Shown one piece after another: positions 51,840 to 61,324 of a stretch of 64,000 nt of DNA. The notes under the pieces were generated by a model. That model ran no database searches, was not told where the DNA came from, and saw only the letters and a program-made list of their open reading frames with translations. Numbering within the stretch: position 1 is the stretch's first letter; every line of letters starts with the position of its first letter. The DNA is from Rikenellaceae bacterium (GTDB lineage: Bacteria > Bacteroidota > Bacteroidia > Bacteroidales > Rikenellaceae). Made by a program: the position numbers and the translations under genes. The DNA is taken from NCBI GenBank assembly GCA_031549495.1, contig JAVBPS010000041.1:9121-73120 (forward strand). Direction: 5' to 3'.

Positions 51840-54201
51840 TTTTCGGACGGCCCTGTATGCCGCCGTGCTGTGCCTGTGGCTTTGCGGTTGCTCGGCCCCG
51901 GACTATCTCCGCAACGGCAATGCCGTGACGTTCAGCGCCTGCGGCGAGGATTTCACGGTGGAGGTCATGGCCGACGATGCGGTGATGGTGCTTTGCAGGC
52001 CTTCGGGTACGGAAATCGTGACGCGCCGTTTGCTGGTCGCGGATACCCTGCCGCGCACGGGGCTTTGCCGGGTCCGCTCCTCGCACGAAGAGCTGGTCGT
52101 CTCGACCCGTAAAATCGAGGTCGTCTTTAATAAGACAGGAAACTGTTTTTCCTTCCTCGACCGCGCCACGGGTCGTAAGTTGCTCTCCGAGCCCGCGCAG
52201 GGCGCACGTACGTTCACGCCCCAGCGCGTAGGCTCGGAAGATTGCCTGGGGGTGGTGCAGCGTTTCGAGGCCGTGCCCGGCGAGGGACTCTACGGCCTGG
52301 GGCAATACCAGCAGGGTGCGATGGATTACAGCCGCGACACCGTACGCATGGTGCAGGCCAACATGGATATCGCGAGCCCGCTGCTCGTCTCCACGGGAGG
52401 CTGGGGCCTGTTGTGGGATAACTATTCGGCCACCACGTTCATCGGCGGTGAGGAGCAAATGAGCTTCGACTCCGAGGTCGCCGACGCGTCGGCCTACTAT
52501 TTCCTCTCCGGGGGCGATATGGACGGCACGGTGGCCGCCTACCGCCGCCTGACGGGCCGCGTGCCGATGCTGCCGCTTTCGGCGTTCGGTTTCTGGCAGT
52601 CGAAGGAGCGTTATAAATCGTTCGACGAGCTGACCGCCGTGGCCGCGGAGTACCGCCGCCGGGGGGTGCCGCTCGACAACATGGTGCAGGATTGGGAATA
52701 CTGGGGTCCGAAAGAGCGGTGGAACGCCCTGTGCTTCGACACGACGAATTTCCCCGACGCGGCCGCGCATATCGCCCGCCTGCACGACAGCCTGAACGTG
52801 CGCTACACGATCTCGGTGTGGCCCGGCTTCGGCCCCGAAACGGAGGTCTATGCCGCCCTGGACTCGATCGGGGCGCTTTTCGACGAATCCACGTGGGCCG
52901 GATACAAAATTTTCGACGTCTTCAATCCCGCGGCGCGCGACGTTTTCTGGCGCTACCTGCGCGAAGGACTCTACGACAAAGGGGTGGACGGCTGGTGGCT
53001 CGACGCGACCGAGCCCTCGCTGGGCGAAGGCTTCGCCCAGGCCACCCAGGAGCGCAAACTCAAGCGCGTGGGGCAAACCGCCTGGGGTGATATCTCGCGC
53101 TACCTGAACGTCTACTCGCTGGTCATGTGCCGCGACTTTTATGACCGGCTGCGGGCCGCAGACAGCGTGCGGCGCACGGTGATCCTCACCCGTTCGGCCT
53201 TCGCGGGGCAGCAGGCCTGCGGGACGATCCTCTGGTCGGGCGACGTGTCCGCCTCGTGGCAGGTGATGCGCAACCAGATCGCGGCCGGGGTCAACCTGAG
53301 TATGGCGGGGCACCCGTGGTGGTGTTCCGACATCGGCGGCTTTTCCATCAAGGAACGCGGCGGGCAGTTTCCCGGCGGGCTCGAAGATGAAGAATATAAG
53401 GAGCTTTATACCCGCTGGTTCCAGATGGTGGCGTTCAACCCGATCTTCCGCGCCCACGGCACCGATGTGCCGCGGGAAATATGGCGCTTCGGCGAGCCGG
53501 GGACCCCTTATTATGACGCGCAGGTCGAGGCGATACGTTTGCGTTACCGCCTGATTCCGTGGTTCTATTCGCTCGCGTGGGGCGTTCACTCGCGCGACGA
53601 GGCGATGATGCGGGGGCTGGCGATGGATTTCCCGCACGATACCGTTGCCCGGGGCGTGGCCACGCAATATATGATGGGGCGGCAGATGATGGTCTGCCCC
53701 GTGACCGTCCCGCGCCACGCTTCGCACGAGCCGGGGATCACCCCCTCGGACAGCATCGCGGTCTGGCTGCCCGGCGGTGCGGTCTGGTATGATTTCCACA
53801 CCGGGGAGCCCCTGGAAGGAGGCCGGTATGCGGTCCGTCCCGCGCCGATCGACCGGATTCCGCTTTTCGTGCGCGGCGGGTCGATCATCCCGATGGGTGC
53901 GGTCAGGCAATATGTTTCGCAGTCCGGTCCCGATGAGTTGGAAATCCGCATCTATGGCGGGGCCGACGCCCGGTTCGAACTCTATGAGGACGCCGGCGAC
54001 GGCTATGGCTACCAACGGGGCGAGTATGCGCTCACGCCCATCCGCTGGGACGATCGCGCACGGCGCCTCACGATCGGGCCCGCGGGCGGGAAAATGGGTG
54101 TGCCGCAGCGCACCGTAAATTTGGTATATTGTACCCCCCGCGGGGAACTGCACGAAAAAACGGCCGTCTGGGCGGGAGAAAAAATAACCGTAGATCTCTG
54201 A
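51820..54201 (+). CDS. Glycoside hydrolase family 31 (alpha-glucosidase/alpha-xylosidase type) lipoprotein
   Basis: 793 aa. Lipobox LWLCGC. VDGWWLDATEPS (nucleophile region), ILWSGDVSASW, GHPWWCSDIGGF, NPIFRAHG. It overlaps the upstream gene by 20 nt. Confidence 0.9.
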   Translation: MKFSGNNFRTALYAAVLCLWLCGCSAPDYLRNGNAVTFSACGEDFTVEVMADDAVMVLCRPSGTEIVTRRLLVADTLPRTGLCRVRSSHEELVVSTRKIEVVFNKTGNCFSFLDRATGRKLLSEPAQGARTFTPQRVGSEDCLGVVQRFEAVPGEGLYGLGQYQQGAMDYSRDTVRMVQANMDIASPLLVSTGGWGLLWDNYSATTFIGGEEQMSFDSEVADASAYYFLSGGDMDGTVAAYRRLTGRVPMLPLSAFGFWQSKERYKSFDELTAVAAEYRRRGVPLDNMVQDWEYWGPKERWNALCFDTTNFPDAAAHIARLHDSLNVRYTISVWPGFGPETEVYAALDSIGALFDESTWAGYKIFDVFNPAARDVFWRYLREGLYDKGVDGWWLDATEPSLGEGFAQATQERKLKRVGQTAWGDISRYLNVYSLVMCRDFYDRLRAADSVRRTVILTRSAFAGQQACGTILWSGDVSASWQVMRNQIAAGVNLSMAGHPWWCSDIGGFSIKERGGQFPGGLEDEEYKELYTRWFQMVAFNPIFRAHGTDVPREIWRFGEPGTPYYDAQVEAIRLRYRLIPWFYSLAWGVHSRDEAMMRGLAMDFPHDTVARGVATQYMMGRQMMVCPVTVPRHASHEPGITPSDSIAVWLPGGAVWYDFHTGEPLEGGRYAVRPAPIDRIPLFVRGGSIIPMGAVRQYVSQSGPDELEIRIYGGADARFELYEDAGDGYGYQRGEYALTPIRWDDRARRLTIGPAGGKMGVPQRTVNLVYCTPRGELHEKTAVWAGEKITVDL

Positions 54202-54202
54202 T

Positions 54203-56872
54203 ATGAAAAAGTTGATCCTTTTCGCCGCGGCCGCGATGGTCGCGACCGGAGCCTGGGCCTCCGGAAGGCTTTCCTATACGATTAACGACGCCTGGCGTTT
54301 TACGAAAGGGTCGCCTTTCGAGGCGTTCAAACCCGCGTTCGACGACTCTTCATGGGATGTGGTTTCGATCCCCCACACGTGGAACGCCGCCGACGCCGAC
54401 GATCCGACGCCGGGCTACTACCGCGGACCGGCATGGTACCGCCGCACGGTCACCATAGACAAGGCCCTGGAAGGGCGGCGGGCCGTCCTCTATTTCGAGG
54501 GCGCCGACCAGCAGGCCGAGGTGTGGGTCAACGGGGAGTTCATCGGCAAGCACACGGGTGGCTACACGCGCTTCAGTTTCGATGTGACCGACGCGCTGCG
54601 GTTCGGCGAGGGGAACCTCGTGGCCGTGATGCTGACCAACGCCTATGATCCGCATATTCCGCCCCTGTCCGCCGATTTCACCTTTTTCGGGGGGATCTAC
54701 CGCGATGTGAGTCTGCTGTTTACCGCTCCGGTGCACGTCGCCACCGATTATTACGCCTCGTCGGGCGTGTTCGCCACCACCCCCGAGGTCACACGGTCGA
54801 AAGCTGTGGCGCGGGTGCGCACGCTCGTTTCGAACGATAGTAAAACGGCCGCCGCCGTTACGGTGCGGCAGGTGGTCTGCGACGCCTCGGGCAAGGAGGT
54901 GGCCACCGCGTCGCAAAACGTTTCGCTCGCCCCCGCGGAGCGCAAGGATGTGGTGCAGGAGGGCATAACCATTGCCAATCCCCGCCTGTGGGACACGGAC
55001 GATCCTTACCTCTATGCCCTGCACACTTACGTCTATGACGCGCAGGGTAACCTGCTCGACGAGGTGTATAACCCGCTCGGCTTTCGTACCTTCAGCTTCG
55101 ACCCGGACAAAGGCTTCACGCTCAACGGCCGCCGGCTGAAACTGCGCGGCACCAACCGCCATCAGGATTACCTCGGCCTGGGCAATGCCCTGCGGGACGA
55201 GATGCACGTGCGCGACGTAAGGTTACTCAAAGATATGGGTGGCAACTTTCTGCGCATCTCGCACTACCCCCAGGACCCGGTGATCAACCGCATGTGCGAC
55301 CGCCTGGGCATCGTGACCTCGGTCGAGATCCCGGTGGTGAACGCCGTGACCCCCGGGCCCGAGTTCCTGGGCAACTGTACTGAAATGCTGCGCGAGATGA
55401 TCTGGCAGAATTTCAACCACCCCTCGGTGATGATCTGGGCCTACATGAACGAGCCCCTGCTGCGCAACCCCTACAAAGGCGACGCCGAGCGCTGCCCGCC
55501 CTACTTTAAAGCCATGAACCGGGTCGCCTCGACGCTCGACAGCCTCGCGCGGGCGCTCGACCCCACGCGCTACACGATGATCGCTTTCCACAACGACGAG
55601 CCCGCCTACCGCGAGTCGGGCCTCACCGCGATCCCGATGATCCAGGGCTGGAACCTCTACCAGGGTTGGTATGAGCCCGACCTAAACGACTTTAACAAAA
55701 AACTCGATTTCCTGCATGGGAAATATCCGGATCAGGCACTGATCGTGACCGAATACGGCGCCGACAACGACCCGCGCCTCCACTCCTTCGCCCCCGAGCG
55801 TTTCGACATGACGCAGGAGTACGCCCTGGAATACCACCGCCACTACTACCGCCAGATGACCGCGCGCGATTTCGTGGCCGGGTACAACGCCTGGAATATC
55901 AACGACTTCTATTCCGAGTCGCGGGCGAGCGTGAATCCCCACGTCAACAACAAAGGGCTCACCTCGCTCGATCGCGAGCACAAGGACAGCTACCTGTTCT
56001 ACCAGGCCGTGCTGAAAACTGACCCGGTGCTGTGGATCGGCAACCGCGAGTGGAAAACGCGCGGCGGGGCGGTGAACGCTCCGGGCGGGAAATGCGTGCA
56101 GCAGGTGCCCGTGTTCTCGAACCTGGGACGCGTGGAGCTGATCGTCAACGGTTCTTCGGCGGGCAGTAAAGATATTAAAGAGGGCGTGGCGTTCTTCGAC
56201 GTGCCCTTCGTGGAGGGCATGAACCGCATCGAGGCGGTCGCCCGGACAGGCGGACGGACGCTGCGCGATGTGGTGACGGTCGATTTCCATGCGACGCCCG
56301 ACCAACTCGGCGCCGGACGTTTCACCGAATTGAACGTCATGTTAGGCTCGGCGCGTTATTTCGAAGACCGGGCGGCGCAGCTGGTGTGGATCCCCGAGCA
56401 ACCCTATCGTAAAGGCGGTTGGGGCTATGTGGGCGGCGAGGCTTTCCGGCGCGGCACCGGCAACGGTTCGCTGCCGGGCTCCGACGCCGATATCTACGGC
56501 ACCGACCAGAATGCCCTCTTCCAGACCCAGCGGCGCGGGATCGGCCAATTCCGGGCCGACGTGCCCGACGGCCGCTACTCGGTCTACTGCTACTGGGCCG
56601 AGTTGGACTCGGATAAAAAGACCGAGGCGCTCGTCTACAACCTCGGCGCCGACGCCGTGGGCGGGAAAAGCGAAAAACGGGTGTTCGACCTGGCCATAAA
56701 CGGGCTGACGGTGCTGACGAACTTCGACCTGGCGGCCCGATACGGATGCTGCCAGGCGGTGATCAAGAAATTCGAGGTCACGGTACGCGGCGGGGAGGGG
56801 CTGGTGATGGAATTCACCCCGCGTTCGGGACAGGCGATCCTGAATGCCGTGAGGATCGTGCGGGATTATTAA
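54203..56872 (+). CDS. Glycoside hydrolase family 2 (beta-galactosidase/beta-glucuronidase type) with a C-terminal malectin-like carbohydrate-binding domain
   Basis: 889 aa. SWDVVSIPHTWN, GTNRHQDY, NHPSVMIWAYMNEP (acid/base), IVTEYGAD (nucleophile). The C-terminus DIYGTDQNALFQTQRRG...VPDGRYSVYCYWAE...KRVFDLAINGLTVLTNFDL...ILNAVRIV matches the malectin pattern. Confidence 0.9.
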   Translation: MKKLILFAAAAMVATGAWASGRLSYTINDAWRFTKGSPFEAFKPAFDDSSWDVVSIPHTWNAADADDPTPGYYRGPAWYRRTVTIDKALEGRRAVLYFEGADQQAEVWVNGEFIGKHTGGYTRFSFDVTDALRFGEGNLVAVMLTNAYDPHIPPLSADFTFFGGIYRDVSLLFTAPVHVATDYYASSGVFATTPEVTRSKAVARVRTLVSNDSKTAAAVTVRQVVCDASGKEVATASQNVSLAPAERKDVVQEGITIANPRLWDTDDPYLYALHTYVYDAQGNLLDEVYNPLGFRTFSFDPDKGFTLNGRRLKLRGTNRHQDYLGLGNALRDEMHVRDVRLLKDMGGNFLRISHYPQDPVINRMCDRLGIVTSVEIPVVNAVTPGPEFLGNCTEMLREMIWQNFNHPSVMIWAYMNEPLLRNPYKGDAERCPPYFKAMNRVASTLDSLARALDPTRYTMIAFHNDEPAYRESGLTAIPMIQGWNLYQGWYEPDLNDFNKKLDFLHGKYPDQALIVTEYGADNDPRLHSFAPERFDMTQEYALEYHRHYYRQMTARDFVAGYNAWNINDFYSESRASVNPHVNNKGLTSLDREHKDSYLFYQAVLKTDPVLWIGNREWKTRGGAVNAPGGKCVQQVPVFSNLGRVELIVNGSSAGSKDIKEGVAFFDVPFVEGMNRIEAVARTGGRTLRDVVTVDFHATPDQLGAGRFTELNVMLGSARYFEDRAAQLVWIPEQPYRKGGWGYVGGEAFRRGTGNGSLPGSDADIYGTDQNALFQTQRRGIGQFRADVPDGRYSVYCYWAELDSDKKTEALVYNLGADAVGGKSEKRVFDLAINGLTVLTNFDLAARYGCCQAVIKKFEVTVRGGEGLVMEFTPRSGQAILNAVRIVRDY

Positions 56873-58416
56873 TGAACGTGATGAAATCGCCTTCATATTT
56901 CTTATCGGGAATGGCTGTATGGCTGGTTCTCGCCTCATGCGGCAAGGAGGGTTTCACCCCGCCTGAATCCGGCGGCGGGGGCACGGACAAAGAGGAGTAC
57001 ACCTACATCACGGTGGAGTACAACAAGAAGAACAACGGCGTCTTCCTGGGCTGGGCCACGGCCGAGTCGAAGTCCACGCGGATCATGGACAACATGCACC
57101 GCCACACCCCCGCGACGGTGGCCGTCGACGCCTGGGGAGGCCGTACCGACAAGTCGCCCACGGAGATCACGGCGGGCAAGGCAGGATATTTCCGTACCGG
57201 AAAAGTAGGCGCGCGCCACTACTTCGTCGACCCCGACGGCCGCCCCTGCATCATCCGCGGCACGCAACATATCGCCCCCGCCGCGCTCGACGAGAACGCC
57301 TCGCAGGAGAAGATCGCCGCCTTCGCCTCGCGCTTCCCGGGCGTGGCGCAATGGGCGGCGGAGACCTCCTCGATGCTGGCGCTCAATGGGTTCAACTACG
57401 TAAACTACGGATACAAACGCATCGAGCGTTTCCCCGCGGAGGCCGACCAGCCCATGCGCAACCCGTCCGGCGGCCGCAAAATGGCCCAGGCGGAGAACCT
57501 CTACCTGCTGCGCACCTTCATGTGGGACGCCAATAAAGTGCTCGGCAAAGCGTTCGAGGATGGGACCGTCAACCGGTTCGCGTTGATCTTCGAGCCCAAA
57601 TTCATCCCTTACATCGACTCGCTGGCGCGCACCAAATGCCCCCTTTTCGCGGGCGACGCCCATTTCCTGGGTTATTATCTGGACAACGAGCTGCCTTTCA
57701 ACGCCTATAACAACAACAGCGCCATCGACGGCATCGAGCTCTCGCATTTCTTCAACCTGCCCGACCGCTACGCGGCCGCCCGCCAGTATGCCCGCGATTT
57801 CCTGGCCGAACGGGGCAAGACCACCGCCGCACAGATCTCCACGGCCGACCGCGACGTGTTCCGCGACTCGGTGGCCACGGTCTACTACCGCCTCACCTCG
57901 GCGGCCGTGCGGCGCCACGATCCCGACCACCTGATCCTCGGCACGCGGCTGCACGACTGGAGCAAATACAACGAGCGGACGGTGCGGGCCTGCGCCAAAT
58001 TCTGCGATGTGGTGACGCTCAACTACTACAACCGCTGGCAGCCCGAGACCGATTTTATGAACAACCTCAAATCGTGGTGCGGCAATAAACCGTTCATGGT
58101 CACGGAGTTCTACGTGAAGGGCGCCGACGCGTCCTGGCAGGGCCACGCGTACGAAAACGTGGAAGGCGGCGGTTGGATCGTGCGCACGCAGCGCGACCGC
58201 GGCTATTTCTACCAGAATTTCTGCCTCGGCCTGTTAGAGGCGCGCAACTGCGTGGGATGGCTCCATTTCCAATACGTCGACAATTACGGCAGCGCCGCCG
58301 TCAATTCGAACAAAGGCCTCGTCTCGGCCGGGTACGAACCCTATGAAAATTTCCTTACAGGGGTGAAACAACTCAATAATAATGTATATTCGCTGGCCGA
58401 TTATTTCGGTAACTGA
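56872..58416 (+). CDS. Uncharacterised lipoprotein, putative TIM-barrel glycoside hydrolase
   Basis: ORF 56746..58416; the ATG at 56872 gives MNVMKSPSYFLSGMAVWLVLASCGKE (lipobox) and overlaps the GH2 stop (TAATG). ...LILGTRLHDW...VVTLNYYNRW...KPFMVTEFYVKGAD...GWLHFQYVDN suggests a (beta/alpha)8 hydrolase. The family is not recognised. Confidence 0.5.
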   Translation: MNVMKSPSYFLSGMAVWLVLASCGKEGFTPPESGGGGTDKEEYTYITVEYNKKNNGVFLGWATAESKSTRIMDNMHRHTPATVAVDAWGGRTDKSPTEITAGKAGYFRTGKVGARHYFVDPDGRPCIIRGTQHIAPAALDENASQEKIAAFASRFPGVAQWAAETSSMLALNGFNYVNYGYKRIERFPAEADQPMRNPSGGRKMAQAENLYLLRTFMWDANKVLGKAFEDGTVNRFALIFEPKFIPYIDSLARTKCPLFAGDAHFLGYYLDNELPFNAYNNNSAIDGIELSHFFNLPDRYAAARQYARDFLAERGKTTAAQISTADRDVFRDSVATVYYRLTSAAVRRHDPDHLILGTRLHDWSKYNERTVRACAKFCDVVTLNYYNRWQPETDFMNNLKSWCGNKPFMVTEFYVKGADASWQGHAYENVEGGGWIVRTQRDRGYFYQNFCLGLLEARNCVGWLHFQYVDNYGSAAVNSNKGLVSAGYEPYENFLTGVKQLNNNVYSLADYFGN

Positions 58417-58423
58417 CGGAATT

Positions 58424-59266
58424 ATGAAACGGTATCTCTTCCTGTTGTTTCTCGCCGCCCTGATGCCGCCTGCGGGCCTGCATGCGAAAACCCCGCCTGC
58501 CTCCCAGGCCGCGGACGAATACGACGTCTTCCTGCTGATCGGCCAGTCGAATATGGCCGGCAGGGGATATATGCTGGCCGCCGACACGCTGGACGCGATG
58601 CCCGGCGTGTGGCTGCTCAGCGACCGGGGGGTGCCCGAGCCCGCGCGCAACCCCATGAACCGCTATTCGTCCGTACGCAAGACGATCGCCATGCAGCGCA
58701 TCTCGCCCGCGACGGCGTTCGGGACGAGGGTGGCCGAAAAAACGGGCCGCAAAGTGCTGATCGTGATGAATGCCCTCGGAGGCTCGGACATCCGCTCGTG
58801 GATGAAAGATGCGCCGCGGATCAAGGACAAAGGAAGCATCGGCTACGACTCACTGCAACTCTACGCCGAGGCGGTGCGGCGCACCCGGCAGGCGATGCGA
58901 TACGGCACGCTCAAGGGTATATTATGGCACCAGGGCGAGGCCAATGCAAGCCGGCCGCAGGATTATCCGGCATACCTGACCCGGCTGGTGGCCGACCTGC
59001 GCAAAGACCTTCGCGCACGCAAAGTGCCTTTCGTGGCGGGCGAGCTGGGCTATTGGCGGCCTTCGTCGGGCGGGTTCAACGAGATGATCCGCACGATCGG
59101 CGACTTCATCCCTTACAGCGCATGGGCCAGCGCCCGGGACGCGGGATACCTGATCGACGAGCACGACCCCCATTTCAGCCGCGAGGGGCAACTGCTGCTC
59201 GGCGGACGCTATGCCGACAAGGTATTAAAACTGACGTACGGCATCGAACCACCCGACGTGAAATGA
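58424..59266 (+). CDS. Sialate O-acetylesterase-like (SASA/DUF303) carbohydrate esterase
   Basis: ORF 58382..59266; the ATG at 58424 gives MKRYLFLLFLAALMPPAGLHA. FLLIGQSNMAGRG (SGNH-like Ser), ILWHQGEAN, DPHFSREG. Confidence 0.85.
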   Translation: MKRYLFLLFLAALMPPAGLHAKTPPASQAADEYDVFLLIGQSNMAGRGYMLAADTLDAMPGVWLLSDRGVPEPARNPMNRYSSVRKTIAMQRISPATAFGTRVAEKTGRKVLIVMNALGGSDIRSWMKDAPRIKDKGSIGYDSLQLYAEAVRRTRQAMRYGTLKGILWHQGEANASRPQDYPAYLTRLVADLRKDLRARKVPFVAGELGYWRPSSGGFNEMIRTIGDFIPYSAWASARDAGYLIDEHDPHFSREGQLLLGGRYADKVLKLTYGIEPPDVK

Positions 59267-59271
59267 TCCGC

Positions 59272-59297
59272 CCGGCCCCTGTTTGCGGGCCGGTTTT
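59272..59297 (+). terminator. Terminator candidate (CCGGCCC/GGGCCGG stem followed by TTTTCATTT)
   Basis: A 7-bp perfect GC stem with an 8-nt loop and a T-tract, 6 nt after the stop at 59266. Confidence 0.6.
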
Positions 59298-59446
59298 CAT
59301 TTCATGGATGAATTTCAGGTTCAGGATCCGTTAAGAGGCAGGCATTACTTCACTTACCCTGAGCCGAACGGCCTTATAGGGCCATACCCGGGGCGAAGCA
59401 ATAAGATTAGATTTCATTGGAAATACAGAAAATCGCAATTTTAGAT

Positions 59447-59454
59447 TATTTTTG
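59447..59454 (+). promoter_or_regulatory. Candidate -7 promoter box TATTTTTG for the second ECF sigma gene
   Basis: A perfect TAnnTTTG 68 nt upstream of ATG 59523. Confidence 0.4.
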
Positions 59455-59522
59455 CCATGTCGAATATGATGCCGGACAGATATCCCGTTATGAAGACAGG
59501 TTAGCCGCCGGACGATGAGAGC

Positions 59523-60098
59523 ATGCTTAAGAATTATTCCCAGAGAGAAATACTCGACGCGTTGGAGCGGAAGGACATGGATATGTACCGGCTGCTGTTC
59601 GACGAATATTGCCCCCGGATGGTGCTTTTCGCCGAGTATTTCCTGCTCGACCGCCAGGAGGCGGAAGATGTGGCGCAGGAGGTTTTCCTGGGACTCTGGA
59701 GCCGTACGGGCATGCCGCCGGTGACGGGCAATTTCCGTTCTTACCTTTTCACCCAGGTACGCAACCGCTGTCTGAACCGGATCAAGCACCTCGATATCGA
59801 AGATAAGCACCGCCAGTGGCTTACCGAAGCGCAGCAGTACGCGGAGATCCTCGATGTGGAGATCGACGAACAACTGATGAAACGCGTTTACAGCGCCATC
59901 GACGAACTCCCCCGGCAGGCACGCAACATATTCGTGATGTGCGTGGTGGAGGGAAAGAAATACCGCGAGGTGGCCGAGCAACTGGGCATATCCGTCAATA
60001 CGGTCAACACCCAGATGAAGCGCGCGTACAAATACCTGCGCAACAAACTCGGCGTCGAGTTGCTTATTTTTCTCTGTTTTGTCCTGAAAGACGTTTGA
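59523..60098 (+). CDS. ECF-type RNA polymerase sigma-70 factor
   Basis: 191 aa. Region 2 (FAEYFLLDRQEAEDVAQEVFLGLW) and region 4 (RNIFVMCVVEGKKYREVAEQLGISVNTVNTQMKRAYKYL). Confidence 0.93.
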   Translation: MLKNYSQREILDALERKDMDMYRLLFDEYCPRMVLFAEYFLLDRQEAEDVAQEVFLGLWSRTGMPPVTGNFRSYLFTQVRNRCLNRIKHLDIEDKHRQWLTEAQQYAEILDVEIDEQLMKRVYSAIDELPRQARNIFVMCVVEGKKYREVAEQLGISVNTVNTQMKRAYKYLRNKLGVELLIFLCFVLKDV

Positions 60099-60183
60099 TC
60101 TTTAACAAACCGTCATTTTTTTCGATTTCCATGTCACTTGCTTTTGCGTTTCGGTTGTCTTACTATAGATAACCCGAACGACC

Positions 60184-61287
60184 ATGCAAAAAATCGACTG
60201 GAGCCTGCTCAAAAAGTCGCTCACCTGTGAGCTCAGCGACCGGGATCGCGCCATCCTCGACGGATGGCTGGCCGAATCCCCCGAACATGCCCGTTATTAC
60301 GACCGCCTGCGCGATTTCCTGGACCGGGATGCGCCGCAGGAGGTGGATGTGCGGCGCAATATCGAACAGTTCATGCGCCGCACGGGCTATGCCCGCCGCC
60401 GATGGCGCATAACCGGTGTCGCGGCAGCCGCGGCAGCCCTCGTCGCCCTCGGCGTTTTCCTGCTGGCGGGCCCGCGCGAGGCCGGATGCACCATCGTGGC
60501 CGGCAACAGCAAAGCCATCCTGTACACCACGGCGGGCAAAGTCAGCCTCGGCGGCGGCCGGGGCAATATCCCCGGCGGCGACGATTTCCAGATCACCGAG
60601 CAGCAGCACCAGGTCAGTTACGCCGCCGGTAAAACGTCCGGGGCCAAAGCCGAGAAGCACACCCTCGAAACCCCGCACGGCGGCGAATACCGCATCGTCC
60701 TGAGCGACGGGACCACGGTCTGGATGAACTGCGAGTCCAGGCTCGATTTCCCGCCGGTCTTTGCGGGCGGCGAGCGGCGCGTGTCGCTTTCGGGCGAGGC
60801 GTTCTTCGACGTGGCCCCTTCCGGCGTTCCCTTCATTATCGAAGCCGGAGGCACGCAGATCCGCGTCCACGGCACCCGTTTCAACGTGCGCAACTACGCC
60901 GACGAACACCGGCAGGAGACGACCCTCGTCGAGGGCAGCGTGGAGGTCACGACCGCCGGGGCCTCGATCCAGCTGGCCCCCGGCGAACAGGCCGTCCTGG
61001 ACGACGCCGGTTCGCTGAGCAAACAGCAGGTCGACGCCGACAAACACGCCTCCTGGAAAGACGGCAACGTGGTTTTCGAAGACGAGCGGCTGGAAGACAT
61101 CATGCACAAACTCGGCCGGTGGTACAATTTCGACGTCCGCTACCGCACCGACGCCCTGCGCGATATCCGCTTCACGGGCAATATCGACCGCTACGGCGAC
61201 ATCCGCACCCTGCTGGAGAAGATCGCCAAGCTGAACGTCGTGCGCTTCGACATCGACGGCAACCAGATCACGGTCTCATCCAAGTAA
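60184..61287 (+). CDS. FecR-family anti-sigma factor
   Basis: 367 aa. TM (ITGVAAAAAALVALGVFLLAG), GEAFFDVAPSGVPFIIEAGGTQIRVHGTRFNV, WKDGNVVFEDERLEDIMHKLGRWYNF. Confidence 0.92.
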   Translation: MQKIDWSLLKKSLTCELSDRDRAILDGWLAESPEHARYYDRLRDFLDRDAPQEVDVRRNIEQFMRRTGYARRRWRITGVAAAAAALVALGVFLLAGPREAGCTIVAGNSKAILYTTAGKVSLGGGRGNIPGGDDFQITEQQHQVSYAAGKTSGAKAEKHTLETPHGGEYRIVLSDGTTVWMNCESRLDFPPVFAGGERRVSLSGEAFFDVAPSGVPFIIEAGGTQIRVHGTRFNVRNYADEHRQETTLVEGSVEVTTAGASIQLAPGEQAVLDDAGSLSKQQVDADKHASWKDGNVVFEDERLEDIMHKLGRWYNFDVRYRTDALRDIRFTGNIDRYGDIRTLLEKIAKLNVVRFDIDGNQITVSSK

Positions 61288-61324
61288 TTCCGAAACTCAC
61301 AACCCACAATCAAATACGATCCTT

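Noticed and set aside
60099-60183. A shared ECF promoter motif between the two sigma/anti-sigma systems (AAACCG / ATTTCC strings in 25224..25280 and 60105..60135).
   Set aside because: The matches are only 5-6 nt, at inconsistent spacing, which is not distinguishable from chance by eye.
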